Positions 27,439-39,627 are shown, counted from the stretch's first letter. The stretch is DNA of 64,000 nt from Bacteroidetes bacterium CG12_big_fil_rev_8_21_14_0_65_60_17 (GCA_002787815.1 PCUY01000017.1:3635-67634), one strand, 5' to 3'. The notes: generated by a model from the letters alone, not told the origin. Numbers and translations are program-made.

Positions 27439-29058
27439 ATGGCGCAGATAATAAACAGGTGTATATATGTGCACTTTATAATATTCAAGTGTGTATATTT
27501 ATACACCTTTTTTCTGACGTCCTTTCTTCTGGCTCTTTTTGCCTGCACGCCGGTCGCCGCTCGCCAGTCGGAACCGGGCGCAGCAGACTCCCTGTGGGCG
27601 TACGAGCAACTGGATGACGATACGCTGGAGGACCTCCCTTCAGACACACCGCGCAGCACGAGTGCCAGGAAGCTGCGCGTTGGCTATTCCATGCTGGCTC
27701 AGCCCGCCCCCCGGTCTGCCCGGCTCCACCTGGACCTTTCCTGGGAGCCCGCCTCCTGGATCCGCATGAAGACCACCTCCGTACGGCGCCGCAATGAAGC
27801 GCTCCTGTTCCAGCCCAGCCGGTTTGGCCTCGGCGCCGCGCACACCATGGCCTTCGTCGATCTCCACAGGGGCCGCGCCCAACTCGTTCTCGGAGATTTC
27901 CGCATCAGGTCGGCATCTTCCATATCCGACTTTACCCCGCGAACGCCTTCGAGGTCGCGGTCGCGTCCAGCCCGGAGCCTCATAGGCCACGCTGATATGC
28001 GTCCCTACGCCGGCGCATCGCGCAGTACAGCTCCGCGCGGAGTGGCGGCCGGCATGACGCTGGCCACGGGTCTCTCACTGATGGCGTTCGCATCCAGAAA
28101 AGAGACCGAAGGCCGTGTCCAGGATGATACCCCTGTTCTTGCTGCTCGCGGCGTGGCTCTGCAGGCTACACGCTCCGACGTCCGGGCGTCTGTTTCCTGG
28201 ATCCGATTCGGCATGGGCCAAACACGTTTGGAATGGTTCGAGTCGGCATTTTCCATGAACCTGGATGCGCTTCCCCTCAAGGCCGGGGCCGCCGTGGCCG
28301 TACGTGACGCGCGCCGCTGGCACGTCCGAACGGCAGAAATCACATGGACGTTTCCAGAGTCACGCATCACGTTCTGGTATCTGCACCTGCCCTACTGGGA
28401 CATTTCTCCCTGGGGGGCCGGAAACAGGTTCTCCGATCGCGACACGCACACCCGCGTGCGGGGCATTGCCATCGAGGGACCGACCAGATCATCGGTGCAT
28501 TTGACCTCCGGATTTTCCAGACGCTTCATCCGCCGACGCGACACGGGAAAGGCACCCCTGTCCCGATCCGAAGGCCATTTCCGGATAGATACACCGCGGA
28601 TTGCCGCCGAGTGGCGTCTGCTCGTCGATGACGAGGACGACGTGACGCCCGGTTTTCCCCGCATCCGACTTCGGACCGTTGAGAGTGTGGTCAGACACCG
28701 GGCCACATTCACGCTCAGGAGTCCCGATTCCGCCCGGTGGACCTGGAGCATTCGCGGTGTGGCATCGGCATCGCACGCGTTGAGCGCACAGATTCGGCGC
28801 GCCGGCACGCGTCGCGCACTCGTCGTCACAAGAGCTGTGACGTGGGGCCACTCACCCGATGCGTGGGCTGTCGTCTACACGGACCGGATGCCAGGTCACA
28901 TGGGTCTATTGCGCGCCAACAGACCCCGTACCGTACAGATGGTCCGGCTCGAAGGGCAGACCCGTTGGGCACACGACTGGTCACTGGCCGTGTCCGTGGA
29001 GACAGACATGGATACCGGCATGAACACCATCATGTGGGCACTTGCCTGGAACCGTTGA
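27439..29058 (+). CDS. Hypothetical Arg-rich protein, possible lipoprotein / beta-rich outer-membrane protein
   Basis: 539-aa ORF with no competing long ORF. Lipobox-like FLLALFAC near the N-terminus and beta-strand-like periodicity (RASVSWIRFGMG, HVRTAEITWTF, WSLAVSVETD). No family recognised. The start (ATG 27439 or GTG 27469) lies inside the AT-rich hairpin. Confidence 0.5.
   Translation: MAQIINRCIYVHFIIFKCVYLYTFFLTSFLLALFACTPVAARQSEPGAADSLWAYEQLDDDTLEDLPSDTPRSTSARKLRVGYSMLAQPAPRSARLHLDLSWEPASWIRMKTTSVRRRNEALLFQPSRFGLGAAHTMAFVDLHRGRAQLVLGDFRIRSASSISDFTPRTPSRSRSRPARSLIGHADMRPYAGASRSTAPRGVAAGMTLATGLSLMAFASRKETEGRVQDDTPVLAARGVALQATRSDVRASVSWIRFGMGQTRLEWFESAFSMNLDALPLKAGAAVAVRDARRWHVRTAEITWTFPESRITFWYLHLPYWDISPWGAGNRFSDRDTHTRVRGIAIEGPTRSSVHLTSGFSRRFIRRRDTGKAPLSRSEGHFRIDTPRIAAEWRLLVDDEDDVTPGFPRIRLRTVESVVRHRATFTLRSPDSARWTWSIRGVASASHALSAQIRRAGTRRALVVTRAVTWGHSPDAWAVVYTDRMPGHMGLLRANRPRTVQMVRLEGQTRWAHDWSLAVSVETDMDTGMNTIMWALAWNR
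27457..27514 (+). terminator. Long imperfect AT-rich hairpin followed by T6 (terminator/attenuator-like)
   Basis: AGGTGTATATATGTGCACTT (27457-27476) pairs with AAGTGTGTATATTTATACACCT (27487-27508), allowing G:U pairs and a 2-nt bulge. Loop TATAATATTC, then TTTTTT at 27509-27514. Lies 34 nt after the upstream ORF stop but inside the 5' end of the downstream ORF. Confidence 0.4.
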
Positions 29059-29060
29059 CA

Positions 29061-31925
29061 CTACGGCAGCTGGTCAATCAGCGACACGTCACGGACCCAT
29101 GTGCGGGCGTCGAGCAGGTATGACCAACGCCACCTCAGATCCAGATTGATACTGTGTCCAAGTCGAAACTCAACACCGAACCCGAGTCCAACCGACGCCA
29201 GATCGTCACTGAAATTCCGCGCATTGTGCAGCCGCTCGGTAAATCCAAAGGCATAGGCGGAGCGCAAAAAGAGCGGAACGATCTGGAAGCCATCATCCAC
29301 GAATACGACAGGTTGCCGCACTTCAGCTCCCAGCATCAGAAAATCACCCGATGGGACGAAGGCCCGCTCCCATCCGCGAGGCCTGAAACCGGTCAGGTTG
29401 AAAACGCCACCCACGTTCTGGTGGAGAAATCCAGCGGACAGACGCATTCCGGTGTTCATGCGGGAGAGGATACCGACATACTGGTCCACGCGGGCAATCC
29501 ACCCCCTGCGCCGGGAGAACTTTTCGGCTTCCAGGTCAAACTCACCGACCCAACTGAGCCGGGTACCGGTGCGCGGAAGCGCCCCCCGGGATGTCTGATG
29601 CAGTTTCCACGTGTACCGCAGCGACGGCGTGAATGCCCATCGGCTGAATGAGTCGGTGATCTTGTTCAGGTCATCATCAAGGAATTGGTCTTTCCGCCAC
29701 GACAGGGACAGCGTCGCAAACAGCGACGACCGGGTCACATTGTCCCGCAAAATTCTTGGCAGCGTGACACTGGCCGCAAACCGGGTCCGATCCCGAATGC
29801 TGCGCCTGGCCACGGTTGTGCTTGGACCGGTCTGAATGAGCGCCGTCACGGTTTCCGGCCGTCTTCCCCATTCGAGAGCCGGTATCAGTTCCCAGCCCCC
29901 GTACAGGATTCCGATCTCTCCCCAGGGCCGCCCCTTCTGTATAATACCCTCACCCCACCACGACACCGTCTGGAGCGGGTCCGCTCCCTGCAGGCCGACT
30001 CCGACCCCCAGGCCCAGGCGCGCGTCGGCGGCATCGGATCGGCTCTCGTCCAGATAGACCGTCGGAAACACCATGCGCGGAAGAAGCCGGGTCCACGGAT
30101 TGTATGGATGGTCCGTGGCCGTTGGCCCTAGCGGCGCACTACGGACCTCCACAGGCGCAGGCTTGTCCCAGTCAATCAGCCACGTATGGTTGGCCAGATC
30201 CCGGTTCTCCTCGTTTTCCGGGCCCAGATCAAGTGGCTGCACGACCAGGTCGAACCGCTGATCCCGATATATGATATACGCAATCCGTTCTGCGCCCGGT
30301 GAGACATCCGGTTCCATGGAGGCATACGGATCGTCCGTCACCCGATACAATTTCTCGGTCCGGATATCGAGTACCCAAGCCTGCAGCGTACCCCCTGCAT
30401 CGGCGGTGAAGGCAAGGTGCGTTCCGGTGGCATTCCACGATGCATCGTACACGCTCGCATCCCGAAAACCGATCCACGGCTGTACCGCACCCGTTGGCAA
30501 GTGCAGAAAGAGGGCTTGGTGACCCCGAACATTGGCCACGAATGCCACCGAGTCCGACGCCGGACTGGGCACGATGGACGCAACCCGCATTTCCGGCCAG
30601 GAAACCACCACCTCGTCCTCCCCGTCCCGCTGCTCGGCGATATCGGACCACGGCCCACGTTGCCGGATATACCAGATACGACCATCGCGCAGCATCACAG
30701 GATTGAGCATATGTGTGTCCGGATCAAGCGCTTCCGCACTCCGCTCACCGCGCCTGAGCAGAAAACCGCGTGCATTCGCGGTTATGGAGGAATACCTGTG
30801 AGGCTCGTACCGGGAGAAAATCAGGTTCCCGTCCGGAGTGAGCGCGTACCGGACATCTTCCGTCATTCCCTGAATGGACCAGGTAGATGCGTCGGTCGAA
30901 GGCCAGGCATACGTCCTGAAACCAGATGGCAGGTTGTATGCAAAACTGAATGTCACGACGTGCGTCTCATCGAGCCACTTCGGTGTGCGCTGAACGAGCC
31001 CATTTCTTCCTGCGTGCCAGTACCGCGTGGGCAGCGAAGGATCCGAACGTCCATAGGTGCTGTCATACCACACCTGCATGTCACGTCTGATATGGCGTGG
31101 CCATTCACCCGTGGCCAGCGCAAGTACACCCCCGAAGCCAAGTACCGGTATGCGATGTTGCCAGCGGGCCACACTGCGGATCGTCTCCGCACCCCATCGT
31201 TCCATCATGTACCTGGTAAACAGCGACCCACCCATATAGAACCGGTTGAACGGCCGGGTATAGTCCGGCTCCTCAAGCATCTGTGAAAGTGACCACCCCG
31301 ATCCCCTGTCCATGCCCGCACGCTGTTGCATGACGAAGAAGGGGTGGTTCAAGCGGCCCGCACCTGGCGTGATGGCGCTTTCCCGGTAGACCGCCAGTCC
31401 CTCGGCCCAGCCAGAGGGAACATTCATGTTCAGTGATCGGGCAAAATCGGGAGAAAACGGCCAAATCAGACGGTTAAGGCCCGTCTTCCAACGTGCATCG
31501 GCGTGGATGGCGTGCACGAGTTCATGCGCGGTGACGACCTGGGTCCAGCTTTCGTGTCTGAGGGAAAGCCCCCTTCCCATGATGGCGGCCGACTCTATTT
31601 CAGATTTGAACGGTTGCGTCGAGACGTATCCATTTGCCCGGTCATTGAAACTGTTCAGCACAATGCTCAGGCGCGGCGGCGTACCATCACCGATCAGCGC
31701 ATCGCTCGCCGTGAAGGTGGTCTGCAGCGTATGAAGCAGTTGTTCGGCCTGCGTCCGGTTTCCTTCCTGGTAGATGATTTCCCAGGGACCGGCATCCATG
31801 ACGCGGTATGTCACACCCACCGGACGCTGAAGGATATCATAGAAGCGTATGACCTGCGCCTCGAGACGGGTTGCGTGGCATCCGACAAGGATGAGCAGTG
31901 CGATAACGGCCGGAATGCGTCTCAT
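29061..31925 (-). CDS. Large outer-membrane protein: lipobox signal, HExxH domain, TolB/PD40-like beta-propeller, Omp85-like C-terminal barrel
   Basis: ATG at 31925 gives MRRIPAVIALLILVGC (the track start at 31940 is GTG). VTAHELVHAIH; PD40-like repeats (THLAFTADAGGTLQAWVLDIRTEKLYRVTDD, PDVSPGAERIAYIIY). The C-terminal 350 aa carry LTGFRPRGWE, VVFVDDGF and SVGLGFGVEFRL, which resemble Omp85 barrel motifs. Confidence 0.7.
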   Translation of the reverse strand: MRRIPAVIALLILVGCHATRLEAQVIRFYDILQRPVGVTYRVMDAGPWEIIYQEGNRTQAEQLLHTLQTTFTASDALIGDGTPPRLSIVLNSFNDRANGYVSTQPFKSEIESAAIMGRGLSLRHESWTQVVTAHELVHAIHADARWKTGLNRLIWPFSPDFARSLNMNVPSGWAEGLAVYRESAITPGAGRLNHPFFVMQQRAGMDRGSGWSLSQMLEEPDYTRPFNRFYMGGSLFTRYMMERWGAETIRSVARWQHRIPVLGFGGVLALATGEWPRHIRRDMQVWYDSTYGRSDPSLPTRYWHAGRNGLVQRTPKWLDETHVVTFSFAYNLPSGFRTYAWPSTDASTWSIQGMTEDVRYALTPDGNLIFSRYEPHRYSSITANARGFLLRRGERSAEALDPDTHMLNPVMLRDGRIWYIRQRGPWSDIAEQRDGEDEVVVSWPEMRVASIVPSPASDSVAFVANVRGHQALFLHLPTGAVQPWIGFRDASVYDASWNATGTHLAFTADAGGTLQAWVLDIRTEKLYRVTDDPYASMEPDVSPGAERIAYIIYRDQRFDLVVQPLDLGPENEENRDLANHTWLIDWDKPAPVEVRSAPLGPTATDHPYNPWTRLLPRMVFPTVYLDESRSDAADARLGLGVGVGLQGADPLQTVSWWGEGIIQKGRPWGEIGILYGGWELIPALEWGRRPETVTALIQTGPSTTVARRSIRDRTRFAASVTLPRILRDNVTRSSLFATLSLSWRKDQFLDDDLNKITDSFSRWAFTPSLRYTWKLHQTSRGALPRTGTRLSWVGEFDLEAEKFSRRRGWIARVDQYVGILSRMNTGMRLSAGFLHQNVGGVFNLTGFRPRGWERAFVPSGDFLMLGAEVRQPVVFVDDGFQIVPLFLRSAYAFGFTERLHNARNFSDDLASVGLGFGVEFRLGHSINLDLRWRWSYLLDARTWVRDVSLIDQLP

Positions 31926-31983
31926 GCGAAGATCAGGCACGGCGTGTCATGGAAAGCGGAATATACGGGGCCGTCAACAGAAT

Positions 31984-32013
31984 GGCCCCGATTGCCGATC
32001 GGCAATCGGGGCC
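31984..32013 (-). terminator. Perfect 30-bp palindrome just 3' of tRNA-Ser (probable terminator)
   Basis: GGCCCCGATTGCC-GATC-GGCAATCGGGGCC starts 5 nt after the tRNA 3' end. On the minus strand it is followed by AUUCUGUU. It separates the tRNA from the downstream 954-aa gene. Confidence 0.55.
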
Positions 32014-32018
32014 ACATG

Positions 32019-32105
32019 CGGAGGGAGAGGGATTCGAACCCTCGGTACCCCAAGGGGCACAACGGTTTTCGAGACCGCCCCGTTCGACCACTCCGGCATC
32101 CCTCC
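32019..32105 (-). tRNA. tRNA-Ser (anticodon CGA)
   Basis: The reverse complement reads GGAGGGATGCCGGAGTGGTCGAACGGGGCGGTCTCGAAAACCGTTGTGCCCCTTGGGGTACCGAGGGTTCGAATCCCTCTCCCTCCG. Class II tRNA with a long variable arm and anticodon loop CTCGAAA. Confidence 0.93.
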
Positions 32106-32178
32106 AAAGGTGGAAGCTACTGCCCCGAAGCGTTCCGGGCAAATCCCGAAGCGTCAAGTGACCTTGAATAATGCGGCG

Positions 32179-34991
32179 TCATCCTCGGATGAGTGATTCG
32201 ACCGCATCCAACGCATTCTGCAGGTTTTCCGGTTTTTTGCCGCCCGCCGTAGCAATTGTTGGTCGGCCACCTCCGCCTCCGCCTACGTGTTTGGCCAATG
32301 CACCGACAATTTTCCCGGCTGCCAGTCCGCGTCCGACCAGGTTGTCGGCCACCGACGCGCACAGGTATACCTTCCCCTCGTCGTCGGCGCGGCTCCCAAG
32401 GACAAGGACGTAATCATCCCCGGCCCGCTCCCGGAGTGCCTCCGTCGCCGAGCGGAGCGCGTCCATGTCCGCACCCTCCAGGATACCCGTGACCAGATGC
32501 ATGTCACCCACAGGACGCGCCGACTCGAGCAGCCGGGAAGACTGGGCGGCGAGTACGCGTTGACGCATTTCCTGGAGCTCTCTTTCGCGTTCGCGCCCGG
32601 CAAGCAGCAGCTTCTCCACCTCCTCATCTACCGGATTCTGCAGCGACTTGAATAACGCGCGCGTCCGGTCAAGTTCATCGAGGCGGGACTGCACCCAGCG
32701 GTGCGCATCCATACCGGCAACGGCTTCAATGCGTCTGATTCCGGCCGCCACGCTTCCTTCGGACGTGATCCAGAACTGCCCGATTTCACCCGTTGCCGCC
32801 ACGTGCGTACCACCGCAGAGCTCCATCGACCAGTCCGGATCGAATGAGATAATGCGTACCCGCTCCCCGTATTTTTCCCCGAAAAGAGCCGTAGCACCCC
32901 GTTCCATGGCCTCTTTCATGGGCACATCCCGATCTTCTGAGAGGGAAATATTGCGCTGGATGGCCTCGTTCACGCGCACTTCCACCTCGCGCAGGTCCTC
33001 GTCCGACACCCGTTCAAAATGGGAGAAGTCAAACCGCATGTAATCTGGCGCCACGAGCGATCCTTTCTGCTCCACATGGCTGCCCAATACGTCCCTGAGT
33101 GCAGCGTGTAACAGATGCGTCGCCGAGTGATGCTTGGCTGCCCGGTGCCTTCGGGGGCCGTCCACGCGCGCCACCACACGGGTTGTCAGATCCTGCGGCA
33201 CTTCCCGAAGCATATGGGCAATTTGTCCATTCATGCGCTGCGTATCGAGTACGTCTATCAGCTGCGTTCCCACGGTAAACGTACCCGTATCGCCGACCTG
33301 GCCACCGCTTTCGGCATAGAACGGAGTACGATCCAACAGCACCCTGTAGGCTGCCCCGTCTTCGTCCGCATCCTCGATGGTCTGTACAGCCCGGATGGTG
33401 GCATCTTCCACTACGAGGGTGTCGTACCCGGTAAAGACCGACGTGGGGCCCTCACTCACCTGCTGCCAGCCATCCTCCCCACTTTGATCGACCTTGAAAG
33501 ACGAGGCGGCCCGGGCCCGCGACTTCTGCCGGTCCATACAGGCGGTATAGCCTTCCATATCCACACCGAATCCGGCTTCACGCGCCATGAGGGCCGTAAG
33601 GTCGATCGGAAATCCAAACGTGTCGTGCAACAGGAATGCAAACGGACCGGGGATGAGCCCACGCGAGGCGGTCGACTCGAACAGAGCCATCCGCTCCTTC
33701 TCCGACTCCGCGTCGGGCATGGACTTTTCAAGCAGATCCCGCACGGCACGATCATCCCCTGTCGAGCCGCCTTCCGATACGGACCGGATATGTGGCAGCA
33801 GCGTCTCGAATAATTGAATACCCGTTCCCAACGTCTCCAGAAACCCTTTTTCCTCGGATGCGACAACACGTACGATATAGTCCTTCTTATCGACCAGTTC
33901 GGGAAACTGCTCTCCCATGAGGTCAACAACGGTCAAAATGACATCGGCCAGCACCGGCTTTCGGAATCCAAGCGCCTGGTACCCGTACCGGACTGCCCTG
34001 CGGAGAATGCGTCGTATCACATAGGCTCTGCCGGCATTTCCAGGAATGACACCATCGGCGATGGCGAATGCGATGGTACGTGCATGATCGGCCATGACGC
34101 GAAGTGCCGTCCTGATGCGTTCTCCTTGCTCGCTGGGCAGGTTCAATGCATCGTCATAGCGACGCAGATCCTCCATGTCGGTCCGTGCGGCGATATCGTC
34201 CAGGATTGGCATGAACAAGTCCGTGTCGTAGTTGCTCTTCCTGCCCTGCAGAACGGCCACCATCCGCTCGAAACCCATCCCGGTATCCACATGCTTGGCG
34301 GCCAGTGGTACCAGGCGTCCGTCCCTATGCGCATTGTACTGGATGAATACCAGGTTCCAGATTTCAATGACCTGCGGATGATCGGCATTGACAAGGTCGC
34401 GTCCCGGAACGTCAGCCCGTTCGCTGTCAAGGCGCATGTCGACGTGGATTTCCGAGCAGGGCCCACACGGTCCCGTATCGCCCATCATCCAAAAATTGTC
34501 TTTCGAGCCGCAGAACAGGATATGGTCATGCGGAATCGTTGTCTCCTCCTTCCAGCACGCGGCTGCTTCCAGATCAGCCTCCAGGCCAAGAGCCTCATCC
34601 CCGTCATGCACCGAGGCATACAGACGATCCGGGTCGAGGCCCCATGTATCTACGAGCAGCTCCCAGGCCCACCGAACAGCTTCGCGCTTGAAGTAGTCGC
34701 CAAAACTCCAATTGCCGAGCATCTCGAAGAAGGTATGGTGATACGTATCGTACCCCACCTCTTCAAGATCGTTGTGCTTGCCCGAGACGCGCAGGCACTT
34801 CTGAGAGTCTACAGCCCGCTTGTACGACCGCTCACCTTCGCCGAGGAAGACGTCCTTGAACTGATTCATTCCGGCGTTCGTGAACATGAGCGTAGGATCA
34901 CTTCCGGGCACCAGCGAATCGGAAGGGACGATGGTGTGCCCTTTTTCTTCGAAAAATGTCAGGAATTCAGAGCGGATTTCAGCGGCTGTCT

Positions 34992-34995
<4 letters not shown>
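32179..34995 (-). CDS. alaS: Alanine--tRNA ligase
   Basis: (V)KTAAEIRSEFLTFFEEKGHTIVPSDSLVP is the canonical AlaS N-terminus. Editing domain HSATHLLHAAL and a C-terminal DHHA1-like region. I place the start at GTG 34995, giving a GTGA overlap with the upstream stop. The track ATG at 35097 adds 34 non-conserved residues. Confidence 0.97.
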
Positions 34996-37040
<2,045 letters not shown>

Positions 37041-39602
37041 TCAATATGCCGAATGGAAGAGGACAGCATTCATGAAAACGCGTTGGGATCCAAGCCAGTA
37101 TGCCCGGAAGTTAACCCGATTCATGAAGGCCACAACACGGCCACTCCCGAGTCGCTCCACCACCAAAGTCGCCGCACCCGGCGTATCGGCAAGGCGCTCG
37201 TCCGAGATATAACCACTCAGCAGGGCATTGGAGCCGTAGTAGCCAATACGCGTCCCGGGACCTCCGGTCGATTCGAAGAACTCCGAATTGTTGTGGAATA
37301 CCGGCAGCATGCCGCCGATTCCGAATGACAACGGGTGCGTTTCGTCCAGTTCAGACAACAGTATGGTGCCACCCACAGCCTGGGCGCCGCGGGCATCCGG
37401 GATCAGGGACCAGGGCTGACCTGCCGACAGGGAGTCCATATCCAGCGAACGCTCTTCTGCATCCAGGAGCTCGTTGTCTATGGCCCAGGATGTCGCCCCG
37501 GCCATGACAAGCAGTCGTCCCCCCCTTCGAACCCAGCCGGTAATCACCTCTGTTGCGCCGGACGGCAGTCTGCCGCCCGGAACTACAATGACGGAGTAGC
37601 GGGAGAGGTCTGCCCGCGTAAGATCATCGGGCTCAATGAGCGAGACCGGAATACGGAACCGCTCGCTCAGGGCATGCCAGGCTTCACCCGCCTGCAGTGA
37701 GCTGACGCCCGGACCCGCAAGAACAGCCACAACGGGCTGTGTCAGATGTCGTACGCTCGGTCCACCCAGATCAGGCCCGTCTGTTGCCAGGCCCGTGGCA
37801 ACACCGTGGAAGTGGACTCCCCACGTACCCGCCAGCCGCTCTACAGCTTCATGGACATCTTCGCTGACCAGCGATCCATCGCGCCGCTTGATGGGAATAT
37901 AGACGGAGCCGGCCGGGAATCGAACGGTCGCACGTCCATCATGGAGCTCTACATCCTTCATAGCCACCCGCGGTGTGACGCCCAAATCCATCAGGGTATA
38001 CAACGCAGCGGGCGCAAAGAATTCATCCCAGAGGAGCATGTACCCGGCTCCAGCACGGGCCTGTCTGACATCACCCCCTCGCCGTGTGTTTCCATCGAAG
38101 GGGGCACCGAGCGCCTCCCGGTCCAGACGGTCCAGCATACGGACAGGTGTATTGAATGCGTGTGGCAGTGTCCAGGTACTGACGTCATAGAAAAGGCTGT
38201 CCTCGTAGGTCAGGGTTTCCTCCGTAGCAGCCTTGAGAAGCCGGTACTGGCTCTGGCGCAGGGGTATGACCAGCGCGTCACCGGGCTGGTATTCGGATCC
38301 GTCAACCCGGAGACTGCGATCGATGTCATACACCTCAATCCGGTGGCGGCGCAGCACGTCGGCCATAAGCAGGCCACGTGTCGCATCGTGGCGCAGGTCG
38401 ATCAACATGGCCTCGTTGTTGTCCCGTTCCGCCCTGCGAAGCGCCTCCTGATAGAAATCGCGTTGCAGTCGGTGCAGTTCCAGGCGCAGATCTGCTGCTG
38501 CCGCCAGAGTCGAAAGCGATGTCATGAACTGATTTCGCACGGTGAACGCGTAGTGGAGGGTACCATCTGCGACCTCACTTTCGAGCGCGCGGGACGAGCC
38601 TTGCTCGAACAGGATCCCCACCGATCCGTTGATGTCCGGAAACGCCGAGCCCTTTCCGTAGAAAAAATCATCGAACGATTCCCGGGAGTAGTATGTTGAT
38701 CCGATGCTGTCCAGATACCGGGCATGCCACGTTGCAATTTCAGCCGTCAACTCCTGGTTCCTGTCCGGTGTATTGGGATTCACGCGTGAGGGAATTCCAG
38801 GCTGGAAAAAGAACGTACTGTTTCCGCCCATCTCATGGTGATCGGTCACCACGTTAGGGCGCCAGTCATGGAAGAGTGCCATTCGTCCCCGTGATTCGGG
38901 GTGCTGCAGCACGAGCCAGTCACGATTCAGGTCAAACCAGTAGTGATTGGAACGACCACCCGGCCACGGCTCATTGTGTTCACGATCCATGGGGTCCGTC
39001 GCGTGCACCCCACCTCGATTGCCGTTTACCCAGTCGGCAAACCGGTCTCTTCCATCCGGATTCAGCATGGGGTCAAGCAGAATGACGGTGTTGCGAAGTG
39101 TCTCCTCGATGTCAGGGCCCTGTCCGGCCGCCAAATGATACAGGTAAACCAATGCCGCGTCGGCACCCGAGGCCTCATTGCCGTGAACACTGTATCCCTG
39201 GTAGATCACGACCGGCATGGTCTCCATGTCATCATCGGACACGGACTCCGGATTGTCCGCCAACCGACGATGTTGCGACTGGATGCGATCCAGACGGGCA
39301 TGGTTTTCGGGCGCGGTCACTATGGCGTGAAGCAGTGCCCGGTATTCATGGGACCGGGCATGCTCACGGACCACTACACGATCACTCGCAAGGGCCACCG
39401 CGCGCACATATGCTTCAATTTCATGTGGCGCCGTATGCCTCGTTCCGATCTCATAACCGAGGATATCGGAGGGCGTGGGAATGGCGGGGTTGTACGAGGT
39501 AACACCCGGGGATGGCGTATCGATGGCCAGCGGAACCATCTGCGCGACGGATAAAGACGGACCCGACAACAACAGGGCGGCAAGGAAGAGCAGCACTTTC
39601 AT
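37041..39602 (-). CDS. M14-family zinc carboxypeptidase-like protein with a large C-terminal extension
   Basis: Start at ATG 39602 (MKVLLFLAALLLSGPSLSVAQ signal peptide). YSVHGNEASG (HxxE zinc site), NPDGRD, TDHHEMGGNSTFFFQPG. Confidence 0.88.
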   Translation of the reverse strand: MKVLLFLAALLLSGPSLSVAQMVPLAIDTPSPGVTSYNPAIPTPSDILGYEIGTRHTAPHEIEAYVRAVALASDRVVVREHARSHEYRALLHAIVTAPENHARLDRIQSQHRRLADNPESVSDDDMETMPVVIYQGYSVHGNEASGADAALVYLYHLAAGQGPDIEETLRNTVILLDPMLNPDGRDRFADWVNGNRGGVHATDPMDREHNEPWPGGRSNHYWFDLNRDWLVLQHPESRGRMALFHDWRPNVVTDHHEMGGNSTFFFQPGIPSRVNPNTPDRNQELTAEIATWHARYLDSIGSTYYSRESFDDFFYGKGSAFPDINGSVGILFEQGSSRALESEVADGTLHYAFTVRNQFMTSLSTLAAAADLRLELHRLQRDFYQEALRRAERDNNEAMLIDLRHDATRGLLMADVLRRHRIEVYDIDRSLRVDGSEYQPGDALVIPLRQSQYRLLKAATEETLTYEDSLFYDVSTWTLPHAFNTPVRMLDRLDREALGAPFDGNTRRGGDVRQARAGAGYMLLWDEFFAPAALYTLMDLGVTPRVAMKDVELHDGRATVRFPAGSVYIPIKRRDGSLVSEDVHEAVERLAGTWGVHFHGVATGLATDGPDLGGPSVRHLTQPVVAVLAGPGVSSLQAGEAWHALSERFRIPVSLIEPDDLTRADLSRYSVIVVPGGRLPSGATEVITGWVRRGGRLLVMAGATSWAIDNELLDAEERSLDMDSLSAGQPWSLIPDARGAQAVGGTILLSELDETHPLSFGIGGMLPVFHNNSEFFESTGGPGTRIGYYGSNALLSGYISDERLADTPGAATLVVERLGSGRVVAFMNRVNFRAYWLGSQRVFMNAVLFHSAY

Positions 39603-39627
39603 GAGATACGTGATCGATAAGTGGCAG

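Noticed and set aside
26424-27440. Structured housekeeping RNA (RNase P RNA, tmRNA, SRP RNA or 6S) hidden in the poorly explained region.
   Set aside because: I could not find the universal cores: GAGGAAAGUCC for RNase P, a tRNA-like GGTTCGAATCC end or tag ORF for tmRNA, or GGAAGCAGCC for SRP. A cmscan against Rfam would be the definitive test.
25347-32105. tRNA-Leu to tRNA-Ser interval as an integrated genomic island.
   Set aside because: I found no integrase, transposase or phage genes, and no direct repeat of either tRNA 3' end. DUF4835 is a core lineage gene. The apparent GC elevation is confined to 26.4-29 kb and was judged only by eye.
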